64,000 nt of DNA from Nitrospinales bacterium (GCA_047610985.1 JBLFWU010000009.1:12607-76606); one strand, 5' to 3'; counted from the first letter of the stretch, positions 38,192 to 47,696 are shown. Numbers and translations: made by a program. Notes: generated by a model from the sequence alone, not told the origin.

Positions 38192-39121
38192 TTAAGACTT
38201 CTTTCGCAAAACCACATGGATACCATATTCATGAGGTACAGGTGGGTTAGTCAAAGCATAATATAATGTTAAAAAATAGCGCTTAATCTTTGTCCAAAAA
38301 GAGGGAAGCCTGTAATTTTCCACATCGAATAATCGAGTAACCGGTGATGATCCTAAATATGCCAACATACGAATATAGCCACTGGTCAATCTCCCCGCTG
38401 TTAAAACGTTGACTTCAACTTCTGCCAAACTGGAAAACTCTTTTTGCCAAAATTCAGGATGAAAAAGATTAACAAGGTCAGGCGGTGGAGTGTTCAACCA
38501 TATTCGCCCTAAAAAGTCACAACTCATTCTATTTGGCGCATTGAAAACAAGTATCCCACCTGGCTTGAGCAAACCAACCAGCTCTTTTGTCATTTCAACA
38601 GGTGAAGCCACACAGCCAATTGTGCCAACGTGATAAATCACATCGTATGGCGCTTCCACCTTAATTCTTGTATCATCAGGAAGACAAAAATGATCTCCAA
38701 AACTTTTAATCGCAGCCGCGACAGCTGTGGGAGAAATATCCACACCCAACACATTCCGGTCATTAGCTAAAAACCAAGCCGCCAGATAGCCCTGGGAACA
38801 ACCAATTTCAAGAAACTTACGCGCGTTGGGCAATGCATCCACCGTTTCAATAATAAAAGAGTTGGCGAGCTTTTTAGCTAATAACGATTTTGCGTTAACA
38901 ACATCGCCGTTACTCAGCAAATCAGCTATCTGTTTTTTTATATTTTCTTGATAAAGATACTTGGTGGATTGACTGTGAAGTTTCTCATGCGCATTTACAT
39001 CATGAGGTGCAAACCGTGAAAGACAGGCATCACAATCAAAAACATCTACGCCATAATCCAAATAAGGGCGGTAGTTGCTCACGAGCTTTGTGTTGGATGC
39101 GCCACATACCTGACATTCCAT
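38192..39121 (-). CDS. class I SAM-dependent methyltransferase with an N-terminal Zn-ribbon
   Basis: 309 aa. CQVCG...CDAC ribbon, SAM motif I FLEIGCSQGYLA, post-I DVIYHVG. Confidence 0.8.
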   Translation of the reverse strand: MECQVCGASNTKLVSNYRPYLDYGVDVFDCDACLSRFAPHDVNAHEKLHSQSTKYLYQENIKKQIADLLSNGDVVNAKSLLAKKLANSFIIETVDALPNARKFLEIGCSQGYLAAWFLANDRNVLGVDISPTAVAAAIKSFGDHFCLPDDTRIKVEAPYDVIYHVGTIGCVASPVEMTKELVGLLKPGGILVFNAPNRMSCDFLGRIWLNTPPPDLVNLFHPEFWQKEFSSLAEVEVNVLTAGRLTSGYIRMLAYLGSSPVTRLFDVENYRLPSFWTKIKRYFLTLYYALTNPPVPHEYGIHVVLRKKS

Positions 39122-39124
39122 ATT

Positions 39125-40345
39125 TTACCCCTTAAGCAACTTGCAGAATAGTCTGGCGTTTTCTACGGACTGCTCACTGACTTCATTTTGATATTTTTTG
39201 ATCATCACGCCTAATTGATCTTTATGCGTATTAATTTTTTCAAGCATTCTTGCAATAACCTCGCTACTGCTATTTTCTTCAAGCACATATTCTTCCATTC
39301 CATAACAGCGCATTAAATCTCGATATTTGGAGTGCCATGATATTGAAATAGCTGGCACACATGATGACAGTGCCGCAACTACACTGTGATATCTTGCTCC
39401 CACATGAAACTCGACATTAGAAATAATTGATTTTAGCTCTTTCGGAGATAAATTTTCGTCAACGATCATTACATTGAGGTCAGAGGTTGCACTCACCACA
39501 AGTCTAGCAACTGCAAGGTCGCACACACGGGGATCAAGCTGAGCAGGGCGATACGTATGAGGAATCAGAAACACTGAATAATCCATGCTTACCAAAATCC
39601 TAACGACAGACAATAACTGAGTAATGTGTTGATTTTCTCCATTTATCATTCCAGCTCGCGAGTACAACACCGCACTGGGTGACAAACTAACGACAGGTCG
39701 CATTGCAGAATATTTTTCAGAAAGATATGTCGCGCCCCATTCTTTGTCAAAAGGTAAAGTTACCGCTACATCTGGAAAGCTTATGGCATCTGCTTCAGGT
39801 AACAGTTTTCTAACCTCATCCCGGCAATCATTTCCACGACAAAATATTTTATTTTGCCGTCGCAAATCTAGTCGAGCAAAAAATCTTACATATTTAGTAG
39901 AGAAAGGGCCATAGCTTTGTGTCCATGCAAACATTGAACGACATGCCAGCTTGGAAATAAAAAAATCTTGAACACGAGTTGACCCAATCATAGATAAAAA
40001 GGTACCCGGCCCTGATGGTGGGCCTGTGTAACAAATGGCTGACATTTGTATCAAGGCATCACACCCTTTTAAAGTAGACCACCATATTTTAAGTTGCTGA
40101 AATCGCCCAGAAGCAAAACAAAACGGTGGCACAATATTATGGAGGCTGATATTTTTTACGATCTCCACACCATACTTCTCAGCCCACTCCTGTTCATAAG
40201 GCCATTCTTTATTATCTCCGGGAACTGAAAAAACAAATTCCGCATCAGGAACATACTGCCGTAGCCGACTCATCAAAGACAAAGCCAATGCGGGTCCACC
40301 CTTGTTGCCCTGCATGCAAAGACCTGACACAAAATAACGAGACAT
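39125..40345 (-). CDS. polysaccharide pyruvyl transferase family protein
   Basis: 406 aa. VGARYHSVVAALSSCVPAISISWHSKY resembles the conserved RxH...P.i.i.Y..K block of PS_pyruv_trans. Confidence 0.6.
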   Translation of the reverse strand: MSRYFVSGLCMQGNKGGPALALSLMSRLRQYVPDAEFVFSVPGDNKEWPYEQEWAEKYGVEIVKNISLHNIVPPFCFASGRFQQLKIWWSTLKGCDALIQMSAICYTGPPSGPGTFLSMIGSTRVQDFFISKLACRSMFAWTQSYGPFSTKYVRFFARLDLRRQNKIFCRGNDCRDEVRKLLPEADAISFPDVAVTLPFDKEWGATYLSEKYSAMRPVVSLSPSAVLYSRAGMINGENQHITQLLSVVRILVSMDYSVFLIPHTYRPAQLDPRVCDLAVARLVVSATSDLNVMIVDENLSPKELKSIISNVEFHVGARYHSVVAALSSCVPAISISWHSKYRDLMRCYGMEEYVLEENSSSEVIARMLEKINTHKDQLGVMIKKYQNEVSEQSVENARLFCKLLKG

Positions 40346-40348
40346 GAA

Positions 40349-41686
40349 TTACTTTCTCAGAGAAATAATATCGCGCAAAAGATGCAATAGTAGCAAAGGA
40401 TGTCTCGCCACCGTTAAAGCCCGATACAACTTAAAATGTTTTTTACGGACAACCCCTCTAAAAAAAGTTTCAACATTAAATCGCAAACGATCTAAGAACG
40501 AAACCGAAACAAAATCATCAGAATCATTAAATTTATACTGCGGTGAAGTATTTCCGTCTTCTCTTAACTGCTGATTTATTTTTCTGGCAATGGTATCAAA
40601 AACAAGGTTTCTACTTTGACTTTCGATCAAATCTTCAAACGATGAAGGTTCCAGATTAATCTGGCCCGAATTCTCCAGCTCCCGCACCATATTTTCACCG
40701 ACACTTGTGCGAGCAACCACCACACTGATCTTTTTTGTGCTCGTTTTACCGAGCCACGCATCCCCAACAGCAACATCTGCCAACATATTTAAATGATCTT
40801 CACAACCTCGACATCGAAGTCGATTGTAATCTGTAGAAAAACTTGAGCGGTAGTCTATGCGTTCTTGCGCTGACTTAAAGTCTCGCCTATCAAATAACAA
40901 CTCCTTATCCTGTGTTATCAGCTTCAATTTCCCAACCCGGTCCCCTCCTCTGTATCGAGCATCCACAATCGGTTCCGATATCTTTTTGTATTTAGCAAAA
41001 GCAGAAAGTGAATGATGACTGAACATCCAGCCGCATATTAACCCGGCTATGACTTCAATATTTTTAGATAGGTTTTTCTCGTATGTAGAAATATATTGAA
41101 GAATCCCTGCCAACTGACATGGAATAGCGACGAGCATTACAGGTCTCTCTGCCATACGAATCAGATCAATGGCACCTGCAAAGCTGGTAGAGTGATAAAT
41201 GGAGCCTGGAACGAACTTCAAATCTTCTATATGGGTTAAAAGTCTAGGTTTTAACTTGTCATCAACGGGATCTATGGCAAGGCATACTACAGGCCTATTC
41301 AATTTAAGTGAATTCGCCACCATTGCCCGTAAAATGCCGCCCGAACTTGAAACCCCATCATCTCTGTAATTCGCAGACCACCCAAGCTGGACAGAGCGAA
41401 CCCATCCATCACGTGACGGGTTTGAATCATCTGGGTCACCACGATTGATCATGGCCCTTGCTTTAACAAAATCTATTGAAATACTTGGGCACACATTATC
41501 GCAAGGCTTATCACATCCATCACAGCACTCTGGCGCAACAATCTCTGCTTCAAAAGCACCGTGTAAGCTATTGAATGTAGACCGAACATTATCTGGAGGA
41601 CAAGCCGATATACAAGCCCCGCAAGCTATACATTGATCATCTGCGATTACGCGACTTATTAAAGGCGCAGTTATTTTTTCAGACAT
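40349..41686 (-). CDS. FrhB-like (coenzyme F420 hydrogenase/dehydrogenase beta-subunit family) Fe-S flavoprotein
   Basis: 445 aa. Two ferredoxin-type Cys clusters (CIACGACISACP; CDGCDKPCDNVCP), SSSGGILRAM and VAIPCQLAGIL blocks typical of the FrhB N/C domains. Confidence 0.7.
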   Translation of the reverse strand: MSEKITAPLISRVIADDQCIACGACISACPPDNVRSTFNSLHGAFEAEIVAPECCDGCDKPCDNVCPSISIDFVKARAMINRGDPDDSNPSRDGWVRSVQLGWSANYRDDGVSSSGGILRAMVANSLKLNRPVVCLAIDPVDDKLKPRLLTHIEDLKFVPGSIYHSTSFAGAIDLIRMAERPVMLVAIPCQLAGILQYISTYEKNLSKNIEVIAGLICGWMFSHHSLSAFAKYKKISEPIVDARYRGGDRVGKLKLITQDKELLFDRRDFKSAQERIDYRSSFSTDYNRLRCRGCEDHLNMLADVAVGDAWLGKTSTKKISVVVARTSVGENMVRELENSGQINLEPSSFEDLIESQSRNLVFDTIARKINQQLREDGNTSPQYKFNDSDDFVSVSFLDRLRFNVETFFRGVVRKKHFKLYRALTVARHPLLLLHLLRDIISLRK

Positions 41687-42912
41687 ATCAAATTCAAGTA
41701 AAATAAGATTCCATAACTAACAAGAAATACAAGTGACAAATAAAAAATCAATACATGAAGTTCTCCACCCGCTTTAGAAAAAAGGATAATCAGCAATATT
41801 GTTACGACCAGCTTTATTGCATCTAAGTAAAATTTCCATATTTGCTTTTTGTGGACAATCAGGTGAGTTAAAGGTTGAACAATAATCATCCCGACTAGCA
41901 TCGGAGCCAGAGCCATAAGAATATCTCCAGCACCAGCCCACTGAGCCTCACCAAGAACCGGCCCTACGAATAAAGGCCCAGACACACATAATAACACTAC
42001 GGGAATCGCAGCTAAGATTAATAACTTTGTAGATTTGAGAAATAAACTCTTAAGCTTTACAATGTCTGTTTTTACCAGTTGAGCCGCTTCAGCCCAAAAA
42101 CTTTGGCTCAAGGCACTTGTCAATAATCCAATGGGTGTGATAGCCAATCGATACATCAATGCATACCAACCTACTTCTTTGGCACTGTAATACTGGACAA
42201 GCAACAGAGGAATAGCAGCCAGGCTTGCAACATTAACAACAGCAACCATTGTCGATGAAGTAGACTCCCACCAATATCGGGCTATACCCACTTTGATTCG
42301 ATTCAAAGAAAGTCTGGCAAATGAACGTTTCAAATTTTGAGCACCGCTAACCAATAGCCCCATACCCACCCACACCGAGATCACAGAACTTCCAATTAAT
42401 CCCCAGGCTCCTAGCCCAGTATATCCTCCAACTATATTTAGCCCCGTTCCCGTAAAACTCTGCGTAATTCGTACAGACGCTACTTTTGACAATTCTGCCT
42501 GACGCACATACCAACAATGCATGAGTTCATGAAGACCACCACCTAGAATTATCACCGGAAGAAATAATAATAGAGGACCAAGCACATCAAACCCTTTCCA
42601 AAAAGTCCACTGCTCAGCCCAATTCCAAAGAACAAAAAATGTAGCGACTGAAAAAAACAATAATGCAACGATCCCAAATAGCAACAGCACCGCTGCTAAA
42701 GTTTTGGATGAAGTGTTTGGAACAGACCAGTCAAAACGCCAGGATGAAAATGCAAGTAAGAGACTGACCGCAGCAGAGAAAAGAGCCAAGGCACCAAAAT
42801 CTTCAGGAGTATATAAACGTGCCAACAAAGGCGCAGCCAATAGAGGCAATAACTGAGCCAACATATTTGCCTTCGCTATCTTAAAAAAATTTGAGCGGAA
42901 CCGAGTGTCCAT
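41671..42912 (-). CDS. oligosaccharide flippase (Wzx/MOP-family polysaccharide biosynthesis protein)
   Basis: 413 aa with about 12 predicted TM helices. N-terminus ...LLARLYTPEDFGALALF is typical of the family. 16-nt overlap with the next gene. Confidence 0.7.
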   Translation of the reverse strand: MDTRFRSNFFKIAKANMLAQLLPLLAAPLLARLYTPEDFGALALFSAAVSLLLAFSSWRFDWSVPNTSSKTLAAVLLLFGIVALLFFSVATFFVLWNWAEQWTFWKGFDVLGPLLLFLPVIILGGGLHELMHCWYVRQAELSKVASVRITQSFTGTGLNIVGGYTGLGAWGLIGSSVISVWVGMGLLVSGAQNLKRSFARLSLNRIKVGIARYWWESTSSTMVAVVNVASLAAIPLLLVQYYSAKEVGWYALMYRLAITPIGLLTSALSQSFWAEAAQLVKTDIVKLKSLFLKSTKLLILAAIPVVLLCVSGPLFVGPVLGEAQWAGAGDILMALAPMLVGMIIVQPLTHLIVHKKQIWKFYLDAIKLVVTILLIILFSKAGGELHVLIFYLSLVFLVSYGILFYLNLICLKK

Positions 42913-43002
42913 ATCTATACAAAAATCGATTTCAAGGAGTTGGAACCTTACGGTTTCCAGGAAGGAGGTCGATTATAAACAGACCTGTCTTGCAAATAAT
43001 TT

Positions 43003-43719
43003 TTAAGAAGATTCCCAAGATTCTTTAACAATTTTCCAGCGATCCCCTTCATTTTTCCAAATGAGAACCTTCTTGCCGATATCAGAAATTCGATCTGACT
43101 TATAGTTCTGGGTAAAAGACATCTCCACCGCATCATCTGCGCGAAGGATTTGAATATCACTGACTTCAATCGAAACGCCAGAACTACTGCCAAACGCTTT
43201 TCGGCGTTGAGCTTCCCAGTTTTCTTGGGGTCTTTTAGAATCTTTAAAATCCTTCGAATAAAAGGATAGGTAGGAGTTTATTTTTTGAGCTTCCCAAGCT
43301 TTAAGCCAAATTAAAAACTGAGAGACCACGACATCTACCGAATCAATCGGTTCCTCTAAATCGGGAGGCATCTCATCGGAAACTAAAGCGATAGCGGTTA
43401 TTCCCTGTGCATTTTTTAGATCCAGCACCACTTGATCGGCCTCTTCCTTAGAGGGGTAGGGCCCTACACGAGTTTTATACCATTCGGACTCCTCGTCGCT
43501 TACTATAAAGGGAGTGTAGCCCTTCTTCTTAATTTTGTTTATAAAGTCCTGAGCATTTTCCTGTTTTTTAAAGGAACCCAGTTGCACAACCCAGCCATTA
43601 TCGATCGTGTTAGCAAATGCGATTCCAAAAGATAAAAACCACCCTATCAGAAACAACACAAACATTCTTTTGCAGAAATTTTTAATTTTCGATGGGCCTG
43701 GAACGGGAGTCATGAACAC
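43003..43719 (-). CDS. SPOR-domain protein with a C-terminal NTF2/SnoaL-like domain
   Basis: 238 aa. SPOR: WVVQLGSFKKQENAQDFINKIKKKGYTPFIV...YKTRVGPYPSKEEADQV. The C-terminus resembles a Cds6/DUF4440-type NTF2 fold. Confidence 0.7.
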   Translation of the reverse strand: MFMTPVPGPSKIKNFCKRMFVLFLIGWFLSFGIAFANTIDNGWVVQLGSFKKQENAQDFINKIKKKGYTPFIVSDEESEWYKTRVGPYPSKEEADQVVLDLKNAQGITAIALVSDEMPPDLEEPIDSVDVVVSQFLIWLKAWEAQKINSYLSFYSKDFKDSKRPQENWEAQRRKAFGSSSGVSIEVSDIQILRADDAVEMSFTQNYKSDRISDIGKKVLIWKNEGDRWKIVKESWESS

Positions 43720-43740
43720 CCCAATAGTTATTGCGCTAAA

Positions 43741-44226
43741 TTAAAGCATCTTTTTCAAATACGGTACCAACTGGTCAGCGCTAACACCGGGTGCCCGGGC
43801 ACTGAGAATACCCTCTTTATCAATGATCAGCACTGTTGGCATTTCTCTTTGAAAATAGTTCTGATAAAAAGATTTAACGGGATCCAGCAAATAAGGAAAA
43901 CGGACCTTCTCAGGAAACTTGGAAAGATAATCAGCAACCGCTTCTTTTGAGTCACCATTGGTATTTATTCCAACAATAGCCAACTGCTCCTCATTGAGCT
44001 GATCACGCACCTTGTTAAATTCCATCGCTTGATTCATGCAGGGAACACAGATATGGAACATGCCTATCAATACTACTTTGCCCTTCATATCGGAGAGCGA
44101 TATCTGCTTGCCATCCAAGGTTTTTAATGAAAAATCCGGAGCCTTGTCGCCAGGGCCAGGAGCACCTGCAAATGCAAGTTCAGCCATAAATACCAATAAA
44201 AAGACTAGCGGCAATACTTTTCGCAT
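43741..44226 (-). CDS. periplasmic thioredoxin-like protein (TlpA/redoxin family)
   Basis: Start set at MRKVLPLVFLLVFMAELAFA (signal peptide); the track start is 44271. CxxC motif FHICVPCMNQ in a redoxin fold. Confidence 0.8.
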   Translation of the reverse strand: MRKVLPLVFLLVFMAELAFAGAPGPGDKAPDFSLKTLDGKQISLSDMKGKVVLIGMFHICVPCMNQAMEFNKVRDQLNEEQLAIVGINTNGDSKEAVADYLSKFPEKVRFPYLLDPVKSFYQNYFQREMPTVLIIDKEGILSARAPGVSADQLVPYLKKML

Positions 44227-44661
44227 TTTTAGCACGACAAACTCCAATTGAGGGAATATTTCAAGAAACAAAAAGGTCTAACAAAAGCTGGGTTTCATTT
44301 AATACTATATTTTAGATCAATGGGGAGAAATTTAAAAGTAATATGATTTTTGTATGGATAAACATACGAGCAATATTAACTTGTTAAAATTAAGATTCAA
44401 ATTCGAAAAACTAGCATTAATTTGTAGCCAAACTCATCCTTGACTTGGCCTTGAATTTATAATAAAAAAAGGAGTAACCCTTTTATTCTACAGGGGTTTT
44501 ACAAGAAAGCTCAGGCTGGATTTCTGTCTAGGGCCTTTTTCGGCAAAGACCTCCTAAGCCATTATTTTATGAAGGTTTAGGGTTATTCATGGATTGAAAG
44601 ACAAAATATATATATTTTTCAAATTGCTCCCCCAACGCGCTAACAATTGAGGCTCTTAAGA

Positions 44662-45510
44662 ATGAAAAAAAATCTATGGCTTGCCGCATCAGTATTTTCA
44701 ATATTTTCCATTGCAATAAATGCATGGGCTTATCAGGAAATAGAAGTAAATAACGGGGGAACAATAAAGGGCAAAACCACCTTAATTGGAAAGATGCCCT
44801 TTCCACGAATTTATCACCTTATTCTATTTCCGAATATTGATATGTGTGCCGAGGTAGATACCGATGATGAGATGAACCGAGTTCTTGATGATTTTAAAGT
44901 TTCTGCCGATGGCGGATTCAAAGATGTGGTTATCACTCTGAAACATGTAGAAGCTGGTAAGCCGTTTAATAAAGAGCCTATTATGATTACTTCGGAAAAC
45001 TGTAAATTTCTTCCTGATGTCAATATCATTCGTCAAGATGAGGAGTTTAAGGTCGACAATCTGGATGCAGTTATGCATAACAGTCAGGTCTACCAGAAAG
45101 AAAGAGGAAAGATTCTTTTAAATATCCCGATCCCTGCAGAAGAAGTTTCTAATGGTAAGATACACTTCAAAAAACACTATAAAATAATGCAGATGATCTG
45201 CGGTATGCACGAGTTCATGCAATCATGGGGTTACCGCGTACAAAATCCTTATTACGCGCAAACTCCCATTGACGGAAATTTCATCATAGAGAATATCCCT
45301 CCGGGAGAATATGAAGTGACGGCTTGGCATTATTTAATGAAAAGACAAACCCGAAAAATTATAGTCGCAACCGGGAAAACCATTGATTTGAACTTTGAAT
45401 TCGATGCCGACAAAGTAGTACGCCCTTTCTATGAAACTATAAAATCTGGAAGAATCAAAAAAGATGCTGTTATCCCTGGAACCGCAAAAGGTAAAGAAAT
45501 GGGGCGGTAA
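44662..45510 (+). CDS. secreted cupredoxin-like/Ig-like protein (paralog 2 of 3)
   Basis: Start at MKKNLWLAAS (GAGG 9 nt upstream); the track start is 44647. Signal peptide. Conserved blocks GTIKG, DMCAE, ENCKF, DAVMHNSQVY, ICGMHEFM (C-x2-H-x2-M), NPYYAQTPIDGNFIIENIPPGEYEVTAWH. Confidence 0.7.
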   Translation: MKKNLWLAASVFSIFSIAINAWAYQEIEVNNGGTIKGKTTLIGKMPFPRIYHLILFPNIDMCAEVDTDDEMNRVLDDFKVSADGGFKDVVITLKHVEAGKPFNKEPIMITSENCKFLPDVNIIRQDEEFKVDNLDAVMHNSQVYQKERGKILLNIPIPAEEVSNGKIHFKKHYKIMQMICGMHEFMQSWGYRVQNPYYAQTPIDGNFIIENIPPGEYEVTAWHYLMKRQTRKIIVATGKTIDLNFEFDADKVVRPFYETIKSGRIKKDAVIPGTAKGKEMGR

Positions 45511-47418
45511 TTGACAGCACAACCCAAATCTCGACTCCACTCTGGTTTGTATTTGCTTGTAGCCGTTTTCCTTCTGGCTACCCCGTATACAACTTGGGGT
45601 TTTTCTGCGCCGACCTCTAAAGACACACCAGAGGCCATCACCCTTGACAACAAAAAAGTCTTATTAAAAGACTTGAAGAACCCCCTCCCCTCCAGCCCAG
45701 AGATTGTCAAAGAAGGCGGAGAAATTTACATCAAAAACTGTTTCCTCTGCCACGGCGACCTATTGGATGGAAAAGGAATTTTTGGCGAGAGTTTTTTTCC
45801 CTCGCCAGCCAGCTTTATCCAAAAAGACTCTGTTGTTTCTAAAACTCCTGCTTATGCATTCTGGAGAATAATGAAAGGCGGGAAAGGACTACCAAAAATA
45901 TTCGCACCCTGGAACTCCGCGATGCCTTCATGGGAAGGTGTTTTAACTGAAGTAGAAGTTTGGAAAACGATTCACTACATAAACGAAACAGTAAAAGAGC
46001 GCAGCCAAGCTCCCTCAAAAAACCATGAGCCGTCTTTAAAACGTGGCAAACAAATCTATTTAAAAAAATGTGCCTTCTGCCACGGAGAAAAAGGCAAAGG
46101 CGATGGTCCCTCTGCAGAATACAGCTTGCCACAACCTAGGAACCTGACCAAAGGGCATATCAAGATTCGCTCAACCTCATTTGGCAAGATACCTACTGAC
46201 AAAGACCTGTTTAATGCCATCACTCATGGAATGCGCGGAACCACCATGCCCGGTTGGAAACATCTCTCGGAAAGCGATAGACAAAGTCTGGTTATCTACA
46301 TCAAGTCATTATCGAAAAAATTTGAGAAGTTCCAGAAGCGCGGCAAAAAACATAAGATCGTAAACGTCCCAAAACCTCCTACATTTTCTTTGGAAGGTGT
46401 GAAGCGCGGCAAAAAATCCTTTATGATAAATTGTTCAGGTTGTCATGGAGTTAAAGGCAGGGGCGATGGAGTTACCACCACTCGCATTGTAGACTATTCA
46501 TCGAATGCCATCTGGCCAAGAAACCTCAGTGAACCATGGAACTTTCGAAGAGGCGCAACTCGAGAAGATGTCTTCTTAACATTACGGACCGGGCTTTCAA
46601 CCACCGCAATGCCAAAGTTTTCTCCACGGGTGTTCAAAGACAAGGAAATCTGGGACATCGTAGATTTCATTTGTACTCTTGGCTCACCCAAGAAGCGGCA
46701 AGTAAAACCCGTGATCCTGGCTATGAAAGTCAACGGGCCTTTATCTATCGACCTCAATGCTTCATTTTGGAAAAAAACGCAATCATTTAACATCCCATTA
46801 GGTGGACAGATTTTACAAAAGCCAAAATCCTATTTTCCAACAGTAAAAAACTTGACGATTCGAGCCGCCTACAATGATAAAGAAATCGCTTTCAATATTA
46901 AGTGGGACGACCCTTCTTATGATCCCGCTCTTCTAGAAAGAAATAAGGTTGAGGCATCGCCGACGCCACCATTGCCGGATCATTTAAAGGGGGGAAAAGA
47001 GGAAAAAGCTATTGAACCTGTGATTCCAGAATTCCCAGATGCTTTTGCACTGCAGTTTCCCGTTAATCTGGACACTCAAAAACCCTACTTCCTAAATGGT
47101 GACCCTGAGCACCCAGTAAACTTATGGAAGTGGACTTCATCAGATAATAAAGTTCTTGAATGGAATGCTACCGGATTAAAAAAATGGTCGCTACAAGACG
47201 ACCTGAGTCAGGTAGTTAAGGCTCAAGCAAATTATAAGTTTGGTAGATACTCTTTAGTAGTAAAGCGCAAACGAAGGGTCATCCACGAAAAAATAGACAT
47301 CCAATTCCAAGCGGGAAAACCTATCCCTATTGCTTTCAATATCTGGGATGGTTACCAAGGTGAAACAGATACTAAAAAATCAATTTCAAGTTGGTTTGAA
47401 TTGCAATTCGCTGAGTAA
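45511..47418 (+). CDS. trihaem c-type cytochrome fused to a C-terminal EB_dh/DOMON-like (putative haem-b-binding) domain
   Basis: 635 aa. TTG start directly after the upstream TAA. Signal peptide. CFLCH (45739-45753), CAFCH (46069-46083), CSGCH (46432-46446). The C-terminal ~230 aa carry NLTIRAAYNDKEIAFNIKWDD, FPDAFALQFPV and VNLWKW blocks resembling the ethylbenzene-dehydrogenase gamma-subunit family. Confidence 0.75.
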   Translation: MTAQPKSRLHSGLYLLVAVFLLATPYTTWGFSAPTSKDTPEAITLDNKKVLLKDLKNPLPSSPEIVKEGGEIYIKNCFLCHGDLLDGKGIFGESFFPSPASFIQKDSVVSKTPAYAFWRIMKGGKGLPKIFAPWNSAMPSWEGVLTEVEVWKTIHYINETVKERSQAPSKNHEPSLKRGKQIYLKKCAFCHGEKGKGDGPSAEYSLPQPRNLTKGHIKIRSTSFGKIPTDKDLFNAITHGMRGTTMPGWKHLSESDRQSLVIYIKSLSKKFEKFQKRGKKHKIVNVPKPPTFSLEGVKRGKKSFMINCSGCHGVKGRGDGVTTTRIVDYSSNAIWPRNLSEPWNFRRGATREDVFLTLRTGLSTTAMPKFSPRVFKDKEIWDIVDFICTLGSPKKRQVKPVILAMKVNGPLSIDLNASFWKKTQSFNIPLGGQILQKPKSYFPTVKNLTIRAAYNDKEIAFNIKWDDPSYDPALLERNKVEASPTPPLPDHLKGGKEEKAIEPVIPEFPDAFALQFPVNLDTQKPYFLNGDPEHPVNLWKWTSSDNKVLEWNATGLKKWSLQDDLSQVVKAQANYKFGRYSLVVKRKRRVIHEKIDIQFQAGKPIPIAFNIWDGYQGETDTKKSISSWFELQFAE

Positions 47419-47696
47419 CAGATAATCTCACCCCAGCATCGACTTCTTATTACATCATCGCGCCATCAACTTGATGCCAGCGTAGTATTTTTAGGTTTGT
47501 ATTAAACGGGGCTATCAATACGTTCCATTTAATCCTTCAGCACGTCATCGTGAACGACCGGAGGGAGTGCGGCGAACCAGACGCAATCGTACTCCACTTT
47601 ATTTTTGGTAGAGGCAGACCCTAATTTGTTCTGAGATTGTCCGAACTCTATCCCTGAGGAGGGTAAATTTTAGGGATGGGGTCACCCGCATCAGGC

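Noticed and set aside
42948-43193. 81-aa ORF overlapping the 3' end of the SPOR/NTF2-like gene
   Set aside because: It is an alternate frame of a gene with clear domain signatures, and has no independent support.
44567-44806. 79-aa minus-strand ORF spanning the promoter and 5' end of the cupredoxin-like gene at 44662
   Set aside because: It overlaps the signal-peptide-coding start of a well-supported gene on the opposite strand, and has no RBS or motif.
45511-47418. NxrC/EbdC-type gamma subunit of a nitrite oxidoreductase or other type II DMSO-reductase enzyme
   Set aside because: No Mo-bisPGD alpha subunit or Fe-S beta subunit is encoded in the window. The protein also carries three extra c-haem units, so assignment to a specific molybdoenzyme is unsupported.
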